Source: Candidatus Zhuqueibacterota bacterium (GTDB lineage: Bacteria > Zhuqueibacterota > Zhuqueibacteria > Thermofontimicrobiales > Thermofontimicrobiaceae). Taken from it: DNA of 64,000 bases. Of the stretch, positions 7,996-17,603 are shown in pieces. The notes beneath the pieces were generated by a model that worked only from the letters and a program-made list of their open reading frames with translations, did not search any database and was not told the DNA's origin. The DNA lies in contig JBMOPW010000034.1 of assembly GCA_049322915.1 (NCBI GenBank), positions 456,567 to 520,566 of the forward strand, in the 5' to 3' direction. The position numbers were made by a program, and so were the translations under genes. Position 1 is the stretch's first letter; every line of letters begins with the position of its first letter.

Positions 7996-10176
7996 TCAGA
8001 AATAATACAGATACTTCAGCTTGAACACCCCGGCCCTGTCCACAACGTGCATCCGCTGCGGCAGTAATTCCCCGGATTCACCGAATTGTAAGCTCCGATC
8101 GCGGATATCATTGATGGCGAAATAGATCCAGCTTTTGGGAGAGAAATTGTACGAGAACAGCAGACCGAAGATGGCCTGTTCCACCTGTTCGCTGGAGCGC
8201 AGAAAGACATTATCCAGATACACGCGCACGTTCAGATTGTTAATTGGGGTCACCGACAGATGCGGGCGCGCGTTCAACGTGATGTCCTCCACAGCGCGAT
8301 CCGGATTGTACTCGATGAACATATTCACAATCGATCCAATTTGCAATGAATTGAAAATCAGGTAGTTGAGCTCCAGTGACGACCAGGAATAGGAGGCCAG
8401 GTAGCCACGGCTGAAATTATACGTTCGCGAATAGCCGCCGCCTAAAAAGGCATTCAGTTTGGGATTGACATTGGACCATGAATTGAAATTCACCGTGTAC
8501 GAACTGAACCGGACGCCTCCATCCTTCGCGTCGCCTCCATCCAGGCTGATCTCGAATCCCCAGTTATCCCGAAATTGCATGTTATACCCGAGCGCGCCGC
8601 CATAGTCAGTGTAATTGTCCACTTTTTCATAGTCTAAATACCCACCTCCATAGATGAGGATGGAGCGGATATAACCATCCTGAAAATACCAGCGCGGGCC
8701 GGCAATACCGACAAATTCGCCAGTCCCCTTCCAGGGCACAAATCCGACCTGATCGATGTCAAAATTATCGCCGATGTAGCGGCCGCGGATGAGCACCATG
8801 GACTTCTCCGAAAACATCAAAAAGCCGGCTGAGCCGCCAAAATCGCCCTGGTTATTTTTGAATGACCTCGCGATCTGATAGGCAAGCTGCCAACTGGATG
8901 TTCGAAAGGCGCCATCGATATCGATCACACCATTATCCTCGGTTTGCGAGTGTTTCCCGACGATCATCATGCCGACCGATGAGTTGCCCAGTATCTGTTT
9001 TTTCACACGCGCCGAGCCAAAATACGCCTGATCTTCGGTGCAGTCCTCCCCATCCAGGCGATAGTCTGTCTTGCCTGTGACGGCCATGAAACCACCATAT
9101 TCCCAGGTATTCATCCGACCGAATGCTTTGGTCCCGAACACCAGCGGGACCTCGTTGCCATCGGGCAATTTTTTACCGATGCGCCGGGAATAAAATAATT
9201 CCATTGGCCGATAAAAACCGGTATTCCGCTGCCGTCCCGACGCCATAAAAATTTCATTGCCTTCGGTGAAAAAAGGCCGGCGCTCCGAGAAATAGGATTC
9301 GTAGCGGGAGATGTTGAATTCGAACGGATCTGCCTCGATCTGAGCAAAGTCCGGATTGGCGGTAAGCTGAAATGTGAGTTCCGGCGAGGGATTGTAGAAA
9401 ATATCCAGACCAGCGTCAGGATCTGTTTTGTAGCTGTTATCGCCCTGATAGGTTGATTTGGCAATCGCCACCGGATAAATTTCCAGATGCAATCCCTTCA
9501 CTGTCGGCCGGAAATCGTTGAAGACGAGCCGTCCGAATTTTGAAATGCGCTGGCCTTCATTCTCTTCGTAACTGCACCAGTAAATATCCTCGTTGCGAAC
9601 CGGCATCCATCGATCAAAATCCAGTCCCCATTCGACAATCGTCGCGTCGTACTGAATCGATTTATAGGGGATTTCCATTTCAACGACAAATCCCCAGGGA
9701 TAGATTTTCGAGCCGGAAAACCAGATACCATCCCAGGAATAATCCCGGTTGCGGGCGTCATCCAGCAGCCGGCAATCGGCTTTCACGCCGGTCGCCGAGA
9801 CTGCAAACTTGTAGGCAGTCTGCTTGTTATCAAATGTATCGAGCATTAGCGAGACGATATCGCCGCCGGACTCGTCCAGTTTGCCCTTCTGCTTCTGGAT
9901 ATTGGCCTCATCATCGTAGCAGATCATCATGCAATAGAGGGCGTCCTCCGATGTCACCAGCCTGGCCACGGTTCTGCGCGTCGCCTGTTGGTTGTGATAG
10001 GGCTGCTGCTGAATGAAGTCTGAGACCGAATCGGCCGAGGCCCAGGCCGGATCGATGATGCCATCGACGGAAATAGGCTCCGTCACTTTTCGCAATATCA
10101 ACTGTTTGGATTGATCGGCAGCGACTGCCGAAGTAAACAGCAAGACGCCCAACATCGTTGCGAGATAGGTTTTCAT
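7996..10176 (-). CDS. CBM9-like/DUF5916 family secreted or outer-membrane protein
   Basis: Signal peptide; ISVDGIIDPAW and WGFVVEMEIPYKSI (CBM9-like); NPDFAQIEAD, ERRPFFTEG, LFYSRRIG; C-terminal KLKYLYYF resembles a beta-barrel terminus. Confidence 0.8.
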   Translation of the reverse strand: MKTYLATMLGVLLFTSAVAADQSKQLILRKVTEPISVDGIIDPAWASADSVSDFIQQQPYHNQQATRRTVARLVTSEDALYCMMICYDDEANIQKQKGKLDESGGDIVSLMLDTFDNKQTAYKFAVSATGVKADCRLLDDARNRDYSWDGIWFSGSKIYPWGFVVEMEIPYKSIQYDATIVEWGLDFDRWMPVRNEDIYWCSYEENEGQRISKFGRLVFNDFRPTVKGLHLEIYPVAIAKSTYQGDNSYKTDPDAGLDIFYNPSPELTFQLTANPDFAQIEADPFEFNISRYESYFSERRPFFTEGNEIFMASGRQRNTGFYRPMELFYSRRIGKKLPDGNEVPLVFGTKAFGRMNTWEYGGFMAVTGKTDYRLDGEDCTEDQAYFGSARVKKQILGNSSVGMMIVGKHSQTEDNGVIDIDGAFRTSSWQLAYQIARSFKNNQGDFGGSAGFLMFSEKSMVLIRGRYIGDNFDIDQVGFVPWKGTGEFVGIAGPRWYFQDGYIRSILIYGGGYLDYEKVDNYTDYGGALGYNMQFRDNWGFEISLDGGDAKDGGVRFSSYTVNFNSWSNVNPKLNAFLGGGYSRTYNFSRGYLASYSWSSLELNYLIFNSLQIGSIVNMFIEYNPDRAVEDITLNARPHLSVTPINNLNVRVYLDNVFLRSSEQVEQAIFGLLFSYNFSPKSWIYFAINDIRDRSLQFGESGELLPQRMHVVDRAGVFKLKYLYYF

Positions 10177-10389
10177 TTCAACTCCCTTGACAGTGATTGG
10201 GGTTACTGGATTTCGGTGGCAATTTGTCCAGAGTTACGACCGAAAATGAGTGAGGTTTCATTTTTTTTAAAATGCGTCGCGATGATTCCCTGTGGTACTT
10301 CGGTGAAAAGGATGGCTATCCTTCCTGGGGTATCCAATAGCAGATAGGAGTTTTTTCTGAAATGAAATTGAAACACGTCATGCCCTGAA

Positions 10390-10423
10390 CTTGTCATGTA
10401 ACAAAAATGACAAGACCGTCGTA
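10390..10423 (+). promoter_or_regulatory. Candidate ECF-sigma promoter overlapped by a palindrome
   Basis: tgtaac(10397-10402)-N17-cgta(10420-10423); inverted repeat cttgtcat(10390-10397)/atgacaag(10407-10414). Confidence 0.4.
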
Positions 10424-10503
10424 CATGCAGATAACAAAAATAAGAACGCAGCTAAACCATTTATACAATTTGTTATTGAACAAAGTCTTAGAGAGGCGCC
10501 ATC

Positions 10504-11772
10504 ATGTCCAGGAAAAAAATCATAATTGGCTCGGCAATCATCGTCGTCATCGCTGTCATTGCTATTGCTATTTCACAAAAGAAAAACGGCGACTCGAACA
10601 TCCCGGTTCAGACCGAAAAAGTGAAGCGGCAAAAGATAGTGGAAACCGTGACGGCAACCGGCCGAATTCAACCGAAAACCCAGGTTAAAATCAGCGCCGA
10701 TGTGGCAGCTAAAATCACCAAGCTTCCGGTTGTCGAAGGCGAATGGGTGGAGCAGGGCAAGCTGCTGGTGCAGTTGGATCGGGAGCGATTTTTAGCCTCC
10801 GTCGAAAGCGCTGAGGCCAATTTAAAAGCGGCCGAATCCAACGCCTCGTTAGCCAGGGAAAACATGTTTAAAGCGGAGAAGGATTTCAATCGGACAAAAG
10901 AGCTCTTCGACCGGAGCCTTGAGTCGCAGGCCAGCCTGGACCAGACCTATGCGACCGACAAAGCCGAGAAAGCCCGCTATAATTCTTCACTACAGCAAGT
11001 GGAACAGGCGCGGGCTGTCCTGAAACAGGCGCGTGATGATTTATCCAAAACAACGATCTACGCGCCCATGACCGGTACCATCAGCAAACTGAACAAGGAA
11101 GTTGGCGAAATTGCCCTGGGCTCACAGTTTCAGGAAGATGTGATCATGATAATCTCCAATCTCGCCGGCATGGAAGCCCTGGTGAATGTGGACGAGAATG
11201 ACATTGTGTCCATGTCCATTGGCGACAGCGCCCTTATCGAAGTGGACGCCCTACCGAATGAGGTATTCAAAGGGACAGTGAGCGAAATAGCCAGCAGCGC
11301 GACCATTACCGGCTCCGGCACCACAGATCAGAAAACGGAATTCGAGGTGAAAATTTCCATCATTGATCCCGGTAAAAAATTACGCCCGGGCATGACCGCC
11401 AGCAGCGACGTCATCACCGAAACCAGGGCTCTGGCGCTGGCAGTCCCCATTCAGTGTGTGACCGTGCGAACGCCGGATCAACTCAGGAAAAAAGCCGAGC
11501 CACCCAAAGGTGAAACAGCCATAGCCGACACAGCAAAGACATCCCCTTACACACCTGATAAAGATGGATTTGTGTCCATTGTGTTTGTTGTGGACAAGGG
11601 CAAAACCAACGCCGTTCAGGTCAAAACCGGAATCCAGAGCGATACACACATTGAAATCATTGAAGGATTGGCTGAAGGCGACGAAGTCGTCACCGGCAGT
11701 TATCGGGCCATCAGTCAGACGCTTCAGCCCGAATCAGCCGTCACCGTACAAAATGAACCGCCAAAAAAATAG
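10504..11772 (+). CDS. MacA-like efflux periplasmic adaptor (membrane fusion protein)
   Basis: N-terminal TM anchor; VTATGRIQP; lipoyl halves; coiled coil; TIYAPMTGTI; LRPGMTA; VKTGI...IEIIEGL. Confidence 0.92.
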   Translation: MSRKKIIIGSAIIVVIAVIAIAISQKKNGDSNIPVQTEKVKRQKIVETVTATGRIQPKTQVKISADVAAKITKLPVVEGEWVEQGKLLVQLDRERFLASVESAEANLKAAESNASLARENMFKAEKDFNRTKELFDRSLESQASLDQTYATDKAEKARYNSSLQQVEQARAVLKQARDDLSKTTIYAPMTGTISKLNKEVGEIALGSQFQEDVIMIISNLAGMEALVNVDENDIVSMSIGDSALIEVDALPNEVFKGTVSEIASSATITGSGTTDQKTEFEVKISIIDPGKKLRPGMTASSDVITETRALALAVPIQCVTVRTPDQLRKKAEPPKGETAIADTAKTSPYTPDKDGFVSIVFVVDKGKTNAVQVKTGIQSDTHIEIIEGLAEGDEVVTGSYRAISQTLQPESAVTVQNEPPKK

Positions 11773-11784
11773 TGGACTCTTCCC

Positions 11785-13020
11785 ATGCGCTCAATTCATG
11801 AAAAAATCGAATCGTTCCATATCGCCTTTTCCGCCATTAAGGAAAATAAAACCCGCGGCATACTCACCGCTCTGGGAATTGTGATCGGCATTTTAGCGGT
11901 TGTCACTACCATGACAGTGGCCAATGGTCTCGGCAATAATTTCAAACAGAGCATTTCGGCCATTGGTTCGGATGTTTTGTACGTCTCCCGCATGCCCTGG
12001 ATCATCACCGGGAACTTTTTCGAATTCCGCAATCGACCGAACGTGACCTACAAGCAGGGAGAAAAACTCGATGAGACGTTGAAGCACGCCAAAGCAGTGA
12101 TTCCTTCGACCGGAACGCAGACCAACATCAAATTTCAATCGAACGTAATGGAGAATGTGCCCGTCGTTGGCACCACAGAAGAGCAGTTGATGATCTCCAA
12201 TGCCGTGCCGGATGCGGGTCGGTTTTTGACGCCGATAGATGTTCAATCCAAGAAATTCGCGTGCGTCATCGGATCGGAGATCAGGGAACAGCTATTCAAA
12301 AGCGTGGATCCGCTCAATAAAAAATTGAAGGTCGGGCGCTACGACTTCAGGATCGTCGGCGTCATGGAAAAACAGGGCAGCGCTGGTATTTTCGGCGGAC
12401 CGAATTTTGACCGGCAAATAATTATCCCCATCACCACGTTCATCAAAGCGTACGGCAGCTACAATCGGCCGTTCAATATTGCCGTCAAAGCGCCCAGCCA
12501 GGAATTGATGGACGATTTCCGATACGAGATCATCGGAGAGATGCGCAAGATTCGAAAACAGAAACCGACAGAGCCGGATAATTTTTCCATCAACACCATG
12601 GACACGCTGATGAACGCGTACAACAACGTGATGGGCGTGGTCATTCTCATCGGGCTGATCATCACCAGCGTGTCGCTTTTCGTCGGCGGGATCGGCGTCA
12701 TGAATATCATGTTCGTCTCGGTCACGGAGCGCACCCGGGAGATTGGCGTTCGAAAAGCGCTGGGCGCAAAGCGCCGGGTGATTTTGACGCAATTTCTCAT
12801 CGAGTCATCCGCCATCTGTCTCACCGGGGGCGCGCTGGGATTGATCGCGTCATTCGTCGTGGCCGCGCTGATCAATAAATTTTTACTGCCGGCCGCAGTG
12901 TCAGTGACGATCGCCGTGGTGGCGCTCATCATCTCCATTCTGGTAGGAGTGTTAGCCGGCATCATTCCGGCATTCCGCGCTTCGAAGCTGGATCCCATCG
13001 AAGCGCTGCGTTACGAGTAA
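11785..13020 (+). CDS. MacB/FtsX-family ABC transporter permease
   Basis: LTALGIVIG; GGIGVMNIMFVSVTERTREIGVRKALGA; ASKLDPIEALRYE. Confidence 0.93.
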   Translation: MRSIHEKIESFHIAFSAIKENKTRGILTALGIVIGILAVVTTMTVANGLGNNFKQSISAIGSDVLYVSRMPWIITGNFFEFRNRPNVTYKQGEKLDETLKHAKAVIPSTGTQTNIKFQSNVMENVPVVGTTEEQLMISNAVPDAGRFLTPIDVQSKKFACVIGSEIREQLFKSVDPLNKKLKVGRYDFRIVGVMEKQGSAGIFGGPNFDRQIIIPITTFIKAYGSYNRPFNIAVKAPSQELMDDFRYEIIGEMRKIRKQKPTEPDNFSINTMDTLMNAYNNVMGVVILIGLIITSVSLFVGGIGVMNIMFVSVTERTREIGVRKALGAKRRVILTQFLIESSAICLTGGALGLIASFVVAALINKFLLPAAVSVTIAVVALIISILVGVLAGIIPAFRASKLDPIEALRYE

Positions 13021-13109
13021 CGATAACAAAATCAGGCTTCACGTCGAGGCGGTTCGAATCAACGTGGAGTCAGGAGAACCCATTTCATCAAAACCAATTG
13101 GGTGGCCTT

Positions 13110-14354
13110 ATGTACGTCGCTGAAGCTTTTAAAATGGCTGTCGCCGCCATCATGTCGCACAAGCTGCGATCGTTTTTGACGCTCATCGGCATCATCGCCG
13201 GCGTGGCGTCCATCATCGCCGTGATGACAGGGATTTCCGTCATCCAGACCACGATTGAGAAAGAGATATCGGTGCTGGGTACGCAGACCTTCCAGGTTCA
13301 GAAATGGGCGTCCGGCCCGACGTCTCAGGAAGAGATGCGAAAAATAATGCTGCGCCGGCCCACAACAGTGGAGCATGCCAACGCCATCCGGGAAAAAGTG
13401 CCGACGGTGGATCTGGTGGGCGCTGAGCTGTGGAGCTTCGGGCACATTGCCAAATATGGGGATACAGCGACTAACTCCAATCTGACCATCTGCGGCGGCA
13501 CGCCGGAATATTCGGAAAACAATACTCATTACGTCCAGTTTGGCTCCAACCTCTCTCACGAAGATGTGCATGTTGGCAGAGACGTGGCGCTCATCGGCCA
13601 CGCCATTGCCGAAACGCTGTTTCCGTGGACAGACCCGCTGCAAAAGACCATCAAAATTGACGGCCGGAAGTTCCGCGTCATTGGCGTGCTGCAGGAGAAA
13701 AGCTCATCGATGGGCGGCAATTTCGACAATTATCTGATTATTCCCATCACGCGATTCAAACAGATTTATGGAATGCGCGACCAGCGCGGTTTCGATCGCT
13801 CGGTCAACATCACGGTTCGCGCAAAGTCGCCGCAATTGCTGTACGACGCCATCGATCAAACGCGGGCTGTGATGCGGATGGAGCGCGGCCTGAAACCGAG
13901 CGAGGAAGATGACTTCACCATTTTCACCAATGACAGCAACGTGAAAGCCTTCAATGAGCAGGTCGCCGGCATTAAAGTTGGGGCATTTGTCATCGGCATT
14001 GTCGCCCTGATCGTCGCTGGCATCGGCATTATGAACATCATGTTCGTCTCGGTCACCGAACGAACCCACGAGATCGGCATCCGAAAATCGCTCGGCGCAA
14101 AGCGAAAAAATATCCTGATGCAGTTCCTGCTGGAAGCGATCATTCTCTGCAACATCGGCGGATTTTTCGGCGTGGCAGTCGGTTTCGGCCTCGGCAATAT
14201 CGTGAGCCTGTTGACCAACTTCGCCGCCCACGTGCCGATGGAATGGGCGATCGTCGGTCTGCTTTTCTGTACAGGAGTGGGACTGACGTTCGGATTCTGG
14301 CCGGCGTTCAAAGCATCGAAATTGGATCCCATCGTGGCATTGCGCTACGAATGA
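13110..14354 (+). CDS. MacB/FtsX-family ABC transporter permease (paralogue)
   Basis: KLRSFLTLIGII; GIGIMNIMFVSVTERTHEIGIRKSLGA; ASKLDPIVALRYE. Confidence 0.93.
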   Translation: MYVAEAFKMAVAAIMSHKLRSFLTLIGIIAGVASIIAVMTGISVIQTTIEKEISVLGTQTFQVQKWASGPTSQEEMRKIMLRRPTTVEHANAIREKVPTVDLVGAELWSFGHIAKYGDTATNSNLTICGGTPEYSENNTHYVQFGSNLSHEDVHVGRDVALIGHAIAETLFPWTDPLQKTIKIDGRKFRVIGVLQEKSSSMGGNFDNYLIIPITRFKQIYGMRDQRGFDRSVNITVRAKSPQLLYDAIDQTRAVMRMERGLKPSEEDDFTIFTNDSNVKAFNEQVAGIKVGAFVIGIVALIVAGIGIMNIMFVSVTERTHEIGIRKSLGAKRKNILMQFLLEAIILCNIGGFFGVAVGFGLGNIVSLLTNFAAHVPMEWAIVGLLFCTGVGLTFGFWPAFKASKLDPIVALRYE

Positions 14355-14794
14355 AATGAGACCGCACCGGGCCAACGACGATTCCCCGATAACTTTGAAT
14401 TTTCGTTGGCCTGAAACGCGGTGCCATCCTACGCGCTTCGCTGGAGCAAAACCTCCCCGTACCAATCAAAGTATCGACTCAGGTTCAGGGTTTCAAGGTT
14501 CCCGGTTCCGGGTTAAAAAGAATTTTTGTCGCTATTCAGGCGTGTCGTCTTGCTACGAAGTCACCAAGCCACAAAGCTTTGTGGCTGAGCGGTTACAAAT
14601 CAAAAATAACCGCTGGTGCATCAGATCCCCTTGCGCCAGCCATCCCATCGTTCACCGCTGTTTAATCCATGCCTTTCACCCCGACATTTTTTTCAGGCAA
14701 ATCCGACATCATTTTAGAAAATTGTCTTGACATTTAGACAAGAATTTTGTTTCTTGACTTCTTAATAAAACCAAATCATAGTAAAGGACACGAT

Positions 14795-15862
14795 ATGGAA
14801 AAATCCCAACTCCAGGCCATTGTGCAGCAAAAAAAAGATCGGATTCATCTCATCAGTCCGGCGTACGGCGGCAACATCCCGGTCGTTGCAGTGAGCGGCG
14901 CGTCCCTCGCCGAGGCATGGGAGAACGCCATGCTGGGGCTTTATTTGTACGGCTGCGAAATTCGGACTCAATACGATGCGAAAGATAAGTTGGGCAATTA
15001 CATCGATCCGCCGAGCCGCGACTGCTCCATTCTGATATCCATCGAACAGCCGGCGTCCGAGCCGATGATCCACCTGGGCGGGATTCCCGGCGGATTCGAA
15101 GACCTCGAGGAGTACGTGCAGGAAGTGCGCGATGGCATCAAAGATCACTGGATTCGCAATCCGCTCGATCCGCAGGATACCAAATGGCAATACACCTATC
15201 ACGGACGCTTATTCACCTACGAGGCGCCTCTCAGCGAATTTGACCGAGTGCTCTGCAGCCTGCCTGAGAGTGAAAAGAAAAAATTCCATCAATTCGAGAC
15301 CGCGCATTTTCTGCTGGATCATGACTATGTCACGCTGGTCGAAAAAGAGATCGGCGGAAAGTCATTCCCCTTTGTCCAGATCAACCAGATTCAATACGTC
15401 ATCGAAAAGCTCTCCAAACAACCGTTCACGCGACAGGCGCAGGCCATCACGTGGCAGCCGTACATGGACACAGATATTTACGACCCGGCCTGCCTGCAAA
15501 GCATGTGGTTCCGCATTTTGAATGATGAGTTCGGCGAGCCGACGCTCAATATGAACATCCGTTTCCGCAGCCGGGACGCCTACGACGCCTCGTTCATGAA
15601 TTGCTTCGCCTTCATCCACGTCATGGAATATGTGGCCAAACAGGTGGGCGAGCGACTCAACCGTCCGATTAAAATTGGCCGGTACATTGACGAATCGGAT
15701 TCATTTCACATCTACGGAAAACGCATCGCTGACTTTGAGGGGCGATTCCTGTCCAATCTGATTAGTCGCGATTTCGAGCAGCGCACCTTCTCGCGCGAGG
15801 ATGCTCAGCCCTATTTCGAAGAGAGAAGGCGGAAGCTGGAAGAGGTATTCGGCAAGAAATAA
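14795..15862 (+). CDS. Thymidylate synthase (ThyA)-family protein, archaeal-like/divergent
   Basis: YTYHGRL, RQAQAITW, DPACLQ (catalytic Cys), FRSRDA, FMN, SFHIY. Confidence 0.8.
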   Translation: MEKSQLQAIVQQKKDRIHLISPAYGGNIPVVAVSGASLAEAWENAMLGLYLYGCEIRTQYDAKDKLGNYIDPPSRDCSILISIEQPASEPMIHLGGIPGGFEDLEEYVQEVRDGIKDHWIRNPLDPQDTKWQYTYHGRLFTYEAPLSEFDRVLCSLPESEKKKFHQFETAHFLLDHDYVTLVEKEIGGKSFPFVQINQIQYVIEKLSKQPFTRQAQAITWQPYMDTDIYDPACLQSMWFRILNDEFGEPTLNMNIRFRSRDAYDASFMNCFAFIHVMEYVAKQVGERLNRPIKIGRYIDESDSFHIYGKRIADFEGRFLSNLISRDFEQRTFSREDAQPYFEERRRKLEEVFGKK

Positions 15863-15905
15863 AACGCAATTCTGATTTCACTTTTCAGACAAGCCAGAGG
15901 CATTC

Positions 15906-17459
15906 ATGAAAATTGTTTTCAAACTCGTGTTCATTTTCACTGCTTCGTTGATTCTCATTGGCTCCGTGTGCAAGCGCGAACACCCCGGCACCAAAGAGGC
16001 GCGCGGTTTGTGGGTCACCCGCTGGGAATGGGCTGTTGGTTCGGATTCGAACCGCGTCGAGGCGCAAAAGCAGCGCATCACCTACATCTTTGACATAGCT
16101 AAAAAAGCGAAATTCAATTTCATCCTGTTCCAGATTCGCGGCAACGGCGACGCCTTCTACCCTTCCGCGCTCGAACCGTGGTCCGACCTGCTCACCGGGA
16201 CCTTTGGCGCGGACCCCGGCTGGGATCCCCTCCAATACGCTCTCAGTGAAGCGCATCTTCGGGGACTGGAATTGCACGTCTGGTTCAATGTTTTTCCGGC
16301 CTGGCGCGGCGCGGCGCCGCCGCCTCATACCACGCCGGACCAGGTTTACAACGCCCATCCGGAATGGATTGTCTGCGACAAAGATGGCCGTCCCATGCCG
16401 CTCAATTCCCATTATGTCAATCTGAGTCCGGGGATTCCGGCAGCCCGCGATTTCATTCATCGCGTCGCCATGGACATTGTCGCACGATACGATATCGATG
16501 GATTTCATTTCGACTACATCCGCTACCCGGAGGGCTCCAACAGTCTCGGTTACTCCCAGGATTCTGTGAGTTTACGGCTGTTCAATTCGCCGGAAGGGAA
16601 TCCGCAGCAGTTGAATTGGGAGAACTGGCAGCGGGAGAACATCAATATATTCGTTCGGAAATTTTACGACGAAGCCACTCTCCTGAAATCCTGGCTGAAA
16701 ATATCCGCCGCTGTCATCGGAAAATACGACTACAGCAGTTGGAATGGTTTTCACATCGTCTATCAGGATGCGCGGCGATGGGTTGCCGAGGGCAAAATCG
16801 ATTTCATTATCCCGATGATTTACTGGCAGATGAATCACCCCACAGCGCCGTTCGGAACCATTGTGAAAAATTGGTTTGATGCGCCCCACGAGCGATATAT
16901 TTTCCCGGGCATTTCGGTCAATAAATTGGGCGCTGCGGATTGGCCTCTGGAAGAGGCAGCCAGACAGGTCGCCTTCACACTCGAAAATGGCGGCAACGGC
17001 GTGGTCTTTTTCAGCTTCAGCGGCCTGAAAAAGGCCATGAATCAGTTCGATCATCGCGGATTTCATTATCTGAGCAATCTGCCGGCCATGAGCTGGAAGG
17101 ATGATAAATCCCCGCTCGATCCCCGTAATGTGCGCTCAACATTCACATCTGCCGGCAACCTGCTGCTGATCTGGAGTCCGCCGGACAGTCTGGTGGAGCC
17201 CACCGATGTCCGTCGCTACAATATTTATCGCTCCCTGCAGACGCCGGTGGATATCAGCGATGCGCGCAATCTCATTCAAATCACGGCTGCGCCGGATACG
17301 TTTTTCCTGGACACGCAGATCGAGCCGGGACAAAATTATTATTACGTCGTCACAGCGCTGGACAGGGTCAATAACGAAAGCCCGCCGTCCAATGAAATCC
17401 GCGTGGCAACGCCGCATTTTGTTTTTACCCGGCGCGCCAAAGAACTGACGATGGATTGA
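15906..17459 (+). CDS. GHL10 (YddW/DigH-like) glycoside hydrolase with C-terminal FN3-like domain
   Basis: EARGLWV, FQIRGNGDAFYPS, WDPL, AHLRGLELHVWFN, YDIDGFHFDYIRYP, PMIYW; YYYVVTALDRVNNES. Confidence 0.88.
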   Translation: MKIVFKLVFIFTASLILIGSVCKREHPGTKEARGLWVTRWEWAVGSDSNRVEAQKQRITYIFDIAKKAKFNFILFQIRGNGDAFYPSALEPWSDLLTGTFGADPGWDPLQYALSEAHLRGLELHVWFNVFPAWRGAAPPPHTTPDQVYNAHPEWIVCDKDGRPMPLNSHYVNLSPGIPAARDFIHRVAMDIVARYDIDGFHFDYIRYPEGSNSLGYSQDSVSLRLFNSPEGNPQQLNWENWQRENINIFVRKFYDEATLLKSWLKISAAVIGKYDYSSWNGFHIVYQDARRWVAEGKIDFIIPMIYWQMNHPTAPFGTIVKNWFDAPHERYIFPGISVNKLGAADWPLEEAARQVAFTLENGGNGVVFFSFSGLKKAMNQFDHRGFHYLSNLPAMSWKDDKSPLDPRNVRSTFTSAGNLLLIWSPPDSLVEPTDVRRYNIYRSLQTPVDISDARNLIQITAAPDTFFLDTQIEPGQNYYYVVTALDRVNNESPPSNEIRVATPHFVFTRRAKELTMD

Positions 17460-17603
17460 ACGAATCTTAATTGTAATTGAAATCATGCGATGAATGATCG
17501 GTCAAAAGCAGGTTTGCTTCGTTCAGATAACCCGCCCATCGCAAGTAACGTGTCCGACCGATCATTCTCGGAATTTCCAAATCTATGAGAAGGAGGAACA
17601 GGT

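Noticed and set aside
13037..13070. ggttcgaatc T-loop-like motif (also gttcgattt near 4881)
   Set aside because: No cloverleaf, acceptor stem or anticodon arm can be built; only a simple intergenic hairpin
14356..14730. 124-aa ORF after the permeases
   Set aside because: Runs through repeat fragments; no recognisable domain; not the missing ABC ATPase (no Walker A)
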